DNA from: Candidatus Bathyarchaeota archaeon
Lineage (GTDB): Archaea; Thermoproteota; Bathyarchaeia; Bathyarchaeales; Bathycorpusculaceae
DNA length: 64,000 nucleotides
Direction of reading: 5' to 3'
Assembly: GCA_963768425.1 (NCBI GenBank)
Contig: CAVYHV010000023.1
Location: 31,260 to 95,259, forward strand
Shown here: positions 58,215 to 64,000 of the stretch, piece by piece
Position numbering within the stretch: position 1 is the first letter of the stretch
How the letters are laid out: every line of letters begins with the position of its first letter
The notes under the pieces: generated by a model
What the model was told of the DNA's origin: nothing
Database searches by the model: none
What the model saw: the letters and a program-made list of their open reading frames with translations, nothing else
Position numbers and translations under genes: made by a program

Positions 58215-59340
58215 AGCTGCTCGAACAGCACGCCGATGAAATCGGCCTGTTGATGACCGACCAGCGGATGCCCGGCGAAAAGGGCGTGTGGCTTCTGGAA
58301 CGCGCGCGCAAACTTCGCCCCAACATGATCCGCGTGCTGGTCACCGCTTACGCGGACATGGACGCCGCCATCGCCGCCGTCAACAGCGGCGCGATTTACA
58401 AATACGTCACCAAGCCGTGGGACCCGCCGCAACTTGAACAAACGCTCAAACGCGGCCTGGAATTTTTCATGGTGCGGCTGGAGCGCGACCAGTTGCTCAC
58501 GGAAAAAATGTCGGTGATCCGCAACATGATGATTGCCGACCGGATCGTGAGCCTGGGCCTGCTGGCCGCCGGCCTCAGCCATCACATCCGCAATTCGCTC
58601 GTGGCGGTGAAAACGTTTCTCGACCTCGCGCCGGTGAAAATGGCCGAGGAAAAATCGGCGATGAAAGGTCTGCGCAATCCCGATTTTTGGAAGGAATACC
58701 ACCAGAACGTCCAGTCGCAGATCGAAAAAATCAACGGGCTGCTCAAGGATTTATGGACGGCGTCCGGAACGCCGTCGTTTCATTTCACCGACAAGGTGTT
58801 CATCCACGAAGCCATCAGCGCGGCCCTCAAATCGTTTGAGGACCAATTCGCCGCGCGGCGCATCCAGGTTGACAACCGGATTCCCGATTCGCTGCCGGCG
58901 CTGCAGGCGGACAAGCCGAAATTTTACCGGCTGTTCGAGCTTTTGCTGAAAGACGAACTGGCCAGCCTGCCGGCCGGCAGCCGCGTCACGCTGACGGCGG
59001 AACTGCAACAAAAGACGGCGCCAAGCCGGAGATCCTGGTTCGAATCAGCGACAACGGGCCGGGCCTGCCGCAGGAAGCGTTGCGCGTGGTGTTTGATCCG
59101 TTCGTCGTGCGCAGCGACACGCCGTCCGAATACGGCATCCACCTCATGGCGTGTTTCTTTATTGTTTATCACCACGGCGGGAAAATTGACGCCAAAAGCC
59201 AGCCCGGTCGCGGCACCACGTTCACGATTTGCCTGCCGCTCAATCCCGAACGCGCCGCGCCGCCGCCCAGCGAACAGGAATTTCTCCAGAAAGTCCTCCT
59301 CAACGAGGAATTGTGGGAAAAATTGATTTCGTCTGAATAG
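58079..59340 (+). CDS. Hybrid response regulator-histidine kinase (REC-HisKA-HATPase), frameshifted near 59010
   Basis: LYVDDE, TDQRMPG, KPWD, SHHIRNSL; second frame gives ISDNGPGLP...FDPF...HHGG.I...PGRGTTF. Confidence 0.85.
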
Positions 59341-59412
59341 ACGGGGCCGGCCTTCTCAAAAATTGCTCCATTTTCAGCCAATTTCGTCGCCAGGCCTCCG
59401 GCAAATAATGGA

Positions 59413-59441
59413 TTGACCTGAAGCCAAAAGCAGTACATAAT
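59413..59441 (+). promoter_or_regulatory. Bacterial sigma70-type promoter
   Basis: TTGACC, 17-bp spacer, CATAAT, upstream of ORF 59498. Confidence 0.65.
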
Positions 59442-59497
59442 CCGGCGCTAGTGACGCCAACCGAGAACAGGTTTGGTCCATTCGGAACGGCAACGCG

Positions 59498-61537
59498 ATG
59501 AAAACGCTTTTGGTTTTGGCCGCTCATCCGGATTTCGCCGAAACGATTCGCGCGGGTCTGAGCCCGGAGCAGTATCGCGTCGTCCATCGCGCCGACGCAC
59601 AGGAAGCCGAGCCGCTGCTGGCGCATGGCCTGGCCAGCGCGTGCATTCTCGATCTTGAACTGCTCGGCGTGCAGGGCATTTGGGCCATTGAAAAACTTCG
59701 CCGGCACGATGCCCAATGCCCGGTCATCGCCTACACCGCCGCCAAAAAATCCGAATGGGAAGAGGAAGCCTACCTGCACGGCGTGACGCACGTTCTGACC
59801 AAACCCGTGCGCATCCGGCTTCTGAGCGAGCTGCTGGACCGTTTGTGGGCCGTGCCGCAACGCGCTACCCCGGCGCCACCGCCCGTGCCCGTGCCGCCGC
59901 CGCTTCCCCGAACCGTGGAACCTCCTGCGCCGCGGTTTGCCGGCGCGTCGCAAACCCTCGGCGTGCTGCGCGATTTTTCGTCCATCCTCATGCATTCGCT
60001 CAATGCCGAGTTGATGCTGAAGCAATTCCTGCTTTTCCTGCGCGAAACCCTCGGCGTCAACCGCGCCGCGATTTTCCTGAACCGCCCCCATTCACCGCCC
60101 GTTGAACCGCCTTCGGCGGAGGAAGGCCGCCGCTTGCGCGCCGTGTCCGCCATCGGCATCGCGCCGGGGCTGCTCGAAAATTTTGAACTGTCACCCGATT
60201 CCGGCATCGGCGCCCAACTGGCGAGTCTGGGCCGGATTCTGCGCCGCAACAGTGACGAGGCGCGCGCAGATGCCGCGACGCAGAAGGAATTCGAACTGCT
60301 CGGCGCGCAAATCGCCGTGCCGATCCTCGACCGCGAAACCATCGTCGGCGTTGCCGTTTTCGACGGCCGCGTCACCGGCGAACCGCTCGCCAACGACGAA
60401 TTGGAACTGATTTTCCATTTGCTCGAACAGGTCGGGCTGGCGCTTCGCAACATCTGGCTGTACGACCAACTGGCCGGCAACCACGAGATGATGACCGACG
60501 TGCTGCGCGAACTCAGCAGCGCGTGCATCGTCGTGGGACGCGACCTGAAAGTGCTCCACGCCAACAAGGCCGCGCGCCGGCATTTCGGCCGGAAAAACCA
60601 GCGCAGCGGCGAACTGGAATTCACCGATCTGCCGCAATCGCTCGGCGCGAAAATATATCAGGTCTTGCGCACCGGCGCGGCCATCGGCCCGTTCAAATTC
60701 GAGCCGGAAAATTCACCCGGCACGGTTTACAGCGTCAGCGTCGTGCCGTTCCAGCGGCAGGATTCTGCCGTGCCCGTTTCCGCGCTGTTGATGGCCGAAG
60801 ACCTCACGCAGAGCGAGCAGTTGCGGCGGTTGGAAATCGAGGCGGCCAATCTTCGCCTGGTCAAATCCATGGCCGACCGCCTCGCGCACGAGATCGGCAA
60901 CGCCATGGTGCCGCTCTCCACGCACCAGCAGTTGCTCGCCGAAAAATACCGGGACGCCGAGTTCCGCAAGTCGCTCGACCATGCGCTGACCGACGGCGTC
61001 AAGCGCGTCACGCGGCTCATCAATCAAATGCGTTTTCTCGCGCGTGACGGACAGGTTGAACCGCAAGCCTTCCCGGTCGAGCCGCTGATTCAGGAAGCCT
61101 ATCAGGAAGCGCGCCAGCATCAGCCGGCCGAGACCGCGCAGTTGCATTGCGAAAACAGGGGCAAACCCGCCGTCGTCACCGGTGACCGCGCGGCATTGAA
61201 GCACGCCCTCGCCGAGGTCATGCTCAATGCCCTTCAGGCCAACCCCAAGGAGCCGAGGATTGATGTCAAGTTGCACACCGAAGGCGACAACAGCCATCAG
61301 GACCTGCAAATTGAAGTGCAGGACAATGGCTCCGGCTTTACCACCGAAGCCGCCAAACAGGCGCCCTCACCGTTCTTCACCACGCGCAATGTTGGACTTG
61401 GACTCGGTTTGACCGTCAGCCGGAAAATTATCGAAACCCATCACGGCAAACTGGAAATCGTTCCGCCGCAATCCGGCAAATCCGGGGTCGTTCGCATTTC
61501 GCTGCCGGTTGACGTTGGGGCGGCGACCACTGGATAG
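59498..61537 (+). CDS. Histidine kinase with degenerate REC, Pro-rich linker, GAF and PAS-like domains
   Basis: LTKP at end of REC; GAF (AVP......G), AHEIGN, NALQA, DNGSG, PFFTT...GLGLGL. Confidence 0.87.
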   Translation: MKTLLVLAAHPDFAETIRAGLSPEQYRVVHRADAQEAEPLLAHGLASACILDLELLGVQGIWAIEKLRRHDAQCPVIAYTAAKKSEWEEEAYLHGVTHVLTKPVRIRLLSELLDRLWAVPQRATPAPPPVPVPPPLPRTVEPPAPRFAGASQTLGVLRDFSSILMHSLNAELMLKQFLLFLRETLGVNRAAIFLNRPHSPPVEPPSAEEGRRLRAVSAIGIAPGLLENFELSPDSGIGAQLASLGRILRRNSDEARADAATQKEFELLGAQIAVPILDRETIVGVAVFDGRVTGEPLANDELELIFHLLEQVGLALRNIWLYDQLAGNHEMMTDVLRELSSACIVVGRDLKVLHANKAARRHFGRKNQRSGELEFTDLPQSLGAKIYQVLRTGAAIGPFKFEPENSPGTVYSVSVVPFQRQDSAVPVSALLMAEDLTQSEQLRRLEIEAANLRLVKSMADRLAHEIGNAMVPLSTHQQLLAEKYRDAEFRKSLDHALTDGVKRVTRLINQMRFLARDGQVEPQAFPVEPLIQEAYQEARQHQPAETAQLHCENRGKPAVVTGDRAALKHALAEVMLNALQANPKEPRIDVKLHTEGDNSHQDLQIEVQDNGSGFTTEAAKQAPSPFFTTRNVGLGLGLTVSRKIIETHHGKLEIVPPQSGKSGVVRISLPVDVGAATTG

Positions 61538-61612
61538 GCCATTCAGCGGCTTTGCGCTTGTCACTACCGGGAGTGGGTTCTAAAGTGCGGGAAGAGCAGC
61601 AGTTATTTTGAC

Positions 61613-62280
61613 ATGATTGAGTTGATTCAATTTCCTTGGAGCCCGTATTGCATTGTCCAGCGCTGCATCCTGGAATTTGCCGGAGCCCGTTTCAAAATCA
61701 TCAACATCCCGAATCAAAACCGTTCGCTCGTCTGGAAATTGACGAAGCAACGCTACTACGGCGTGCCCATCGTCAAGGACGGGAAGGACGGTCGTTTTTG
61801 AACTCAACGACGATTCGCAGGTCATCGCCAAATATCTTGATGCGAAATTTCAACTCGGCCTGTTCCCGTTCGAACTCGAAGGCGTCCAATCCATTCTCTG
61901 GCGCTACATCGAGAATGAAATTGAAGGCGCGGCGTTTCCGGCTCAACGACATTTACTGGCAGGAAAACGTGCCGCCGGCGGAGCAGCTCGATTTTCTGCG
62001 GTTCAAGGAGCGCAAGTTCGGCCGCGGCTGCATTGACCAGTGGCGCAAACAGCAGGGCGAGTGGCTGAAGCGGCTGGAGCAGGGTTTGGTGCCGTTCGAG
62101 GAAATGGTGGCGCACCATCCATTTTTGCTGGGGGATCGCCCGCACTTCGTGGATTTCGATTTGTTCGGGATGCTTGAAAATTTTCTTTACTCGGGCCATT
62201 ATAAATTGCCGTCGGCGCACAATCATCTCAAGGACTGGCATCGGCGGATGAGCAAATTAAAGAGGAAAAAGACAAAATGA
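61613..62280 (+). CDS. Glutathione S-transferase family protein, two frameshifts (~61786, ~61936)
   Basis: SPYC, VP...DG, DS..IA.YL, PFLLGD.P...DF.L.G spread over three frames. Confidence 0.8.
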
Positions 62281-62344
62281 AAAAAGGCGGCCTCCCGGCA
62301 ACCCGCTCTCTCCTTTCCGCCCATTTCATTTTTTATTTTGAATT

Positions 62345-63656
62345 GTGAAGAACTACATCATTGACACCAATGTCCTCCTGCATGATCCGCATTCGCTGTT
62401 GAGCTTTGAGGACAATCATGTCCTGATTCCCATCGAAGTCATCGAGGAAATTGACCGCTTCAAGCGCGAGTCCACCGAACTGGGCCAGAACGCGCGCACC
62501 GTGTCGCGGATGCTCGACGGCTTTCGCGGCGACGGCAGCCTGAGCGAAGGGCGTGAAACTGCCCAACGGCGGCAAATTGAAAATCGCGTTTCAAAAAAAC
62601 GGGCAGGTCAACGGCGACGCCCATATCAATGGCAACACCGTGGACAACCGGATTCTTTCGCTCGCCGCCGCCATCCAAAAATCGCAGCCGAAAAATCCGA
62701 CCATCCTCGTCAGCAAGGACATCAATCTCCGCATCAAGGCCGACGCGCTCGGGTTGCAGGCCGAGGATTACGAGAACGACCGCGTGTCCATCACCGACCT
62801 TTACACCGGCATGGTGGAAATGTCCGTCGGCACGGACAAAATGGCCGCCTTCCGCGCCAAAGGCGAACTCGCACTCAGCAGCGGCAAAAAATATTTTCCG
62901 AACGAATACTGCACGCTCACCGATGAAACGAATCCCAAACGCACCGCGCTCACCAAGGTGGACGTTACCGGCCAAAAGCTGGTGCCCATCATTGACAGCC
63001 GCGAAGGCGTTTGGGGCATCAAACCGCGCAACCGCGAGCAGCATTTTGCCTTCGACGCGCTGTTGGACGACCGCGTCAAGCTCGTCACGCTCATGGGCAA
63101 GGCCGGCACGGGAAAAACCTTGCTGGCGATGGCCGCCGGGTTGAAGCGCACCGTGCTCGACCGCGAATTCCGCCGGCTCGTCGTCGCGCGGCCGACCATT
63201 TCCATGGGCAAGGAGCTCGGCTTTTTGCCCGGTTCGCTCGAGGAAAAACTCGCGCCGTGGATGCAGCCGATTCACGACGCGCTGGAAATGTTGAGCGACC
63301 TCAACATGGGCCACGACCATCGCCGCAGCGGCGACCTGATGCGCTCCGGCAGCATCGTCGTCGAGGCGTTGAGCTACATCCGCGGGCGCAGCATCGCCAA
63401 CCAGTTCATGATCATTGACGAGGCGCAAAACCTGACGCCGCTCGAAGCCAAAACCATCATCACCCGCGTCGGCAGCGGCACGAAAATCATCTTCACCGGC
63501 GACCCGTATCAGATTGACAATCCCTACGTGGACTCGTCCTCAAACGGATTCAACTACGTCGTCAGCCGCTTCCGTTCCGAAGCCATCGCCGCGCACATCG
63601 AATTGCAAAAAGGCGAACGGTCCGAACTGGCCGAGCTGGCGGCAAACATTTTGTAA
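62345..63656 (+). CDS. PIN + PhoH ATPase protein (PhoH2/YlaK-type), frameshifted near 62550
   Basis: IDTNVLLHDP, V.EE.D.FK, DNRIL, SKD.NLR.KA, PRN.EQ, GKAGTGKT, RGRS, DEAQN, GD..QID. Confidence 0.88.
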
Positions 63657-63811
63657 TCATGCACTTAGCGTCAGCGCCGAACAGGCCGGACAGTGAATTT
63701 CCCGTGCCACGGGCAGGCTGGTTTCCATTTTGCCAGTTGACAAAATGCCGTTGTCGCTGAAATTCCAGTTAGTGCTGGAGTGGGCGCTGCGGGCGTCTTC
63801 AGCGGGAAATT

Positions 63812-64000
63812 ATGATCTCAAATGAGCGACCATCACCTTTTGGCGGGCGGCCTTATAGTCAGCCGAAACCACCAGTCAACGAAGACACACTTAAATCCGG
63901 GCAGGTGCAGATTGAACGCAAAACCTTCATCTTTACGCTCAAGGAAAATCCGCGTGGACGATTCCTGCGCATCACCGAAGACGTTGGTGGACGACGCGAC
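63812..64000 (+). CDS. Pur-alpha-like (PUR domain) ssDNA/RNA-binding protein, partial
   Basis: Not in ORF track: MISNERP...TLKSGQVQIERKTFIFTLKENPRGRFLRITEDVGGRRD; K.F.F..KEN.RG.FL.ITE is the PUR repeat signature. Confidence 0.8.
   Translation, partial: MISNERPSPFGGRPYSQPKPPVNEDTLKSGQVQIERKTFIFTLKENPRGRFLRITEDVGGRRD

Noticed and set aside
55766-63428. Long alternative-frame and antisense ORFs (for example 55947..57749 -, 62460..63428 -)
   Set aside because: These are shadow ORFs expected in high-GC coding DNA; they overlap well-supported genes and show no motifs.
55695-64000. Genomic island or genuine horizontal transfer into the archaeon
   Set aside because: No mobility genes or att sites, both flanking genes are cut mid-domain, and indel density is high; an artefact is more parsimonious pending read evidence.
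1-64000. tRNA, rRNA, transposase or integrase genes
   Set aside because: None recognised by eye in the intergenic regions or ORFs; small or intron-containing RNAs could have been missed without a search.

Overview
The window joins two unrelated DNAs. Bases 1 to ~55,697 are a moderate-GC archaeal chromosome; the gene set and protein sequences suggest the TACK group, most likely Bathyarchaeia. This part carries core information-processing genes, mostly on the minus strand: gins/priS/priL/PCNA, TFS, rpoL, csl4, dph2, ppsA, rpl10e, ksgA, rpoF, rpl21e, pus10, srp54, eIF5A, nob1, Sec61beta, polD large subunit, GGGP synthase, elf1 and nadE. An accessory stretch at ~24-39.5 kb holds small and membrane proteins and transporters. 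At the right end of the archaeal part is a clear replication origin (ORB boxes flanking an AT-rich element) ahead of cdc6/orc1. cdc6 is cut mid-gene and fused, through an apparent short microhomology, to a high-GC bacterial segment (~55,695-64,000; Verrucomicrobia-like by inference). That segment encodes three hybrid histidine kinases, a GST, a PIN-PhoH protein and a Pur-alpha-like protein, and is full of frameshifts, so it is most likely a chimeric read or assembly artefact. The best candidate for an undescribed system is a three-gene module next to oriC (52.4-54.4 kb). It encodes an HTH-like protein, a probably membrane-anchored coiled-coil-wHTH protein and a second wHTH protein, embedded in two dense arrays of related short motifs (RTCAC/GTGAY with TGACGTCA palindromes, and TTCAC/GTGAA). 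This could be an origin-tethering or segregation apparatus. Also notable: a 10-bp-period intergenic tandem array, an in-frame TAG in dph2, a beta-propeller fused to a catalytically dead M50-like domain, and several micro-ORFs missed by the ORF track. No rRNA, tRNA, CRISPR or transposase was recognised. All calls come from motif recognition by eye; no database searches were run.
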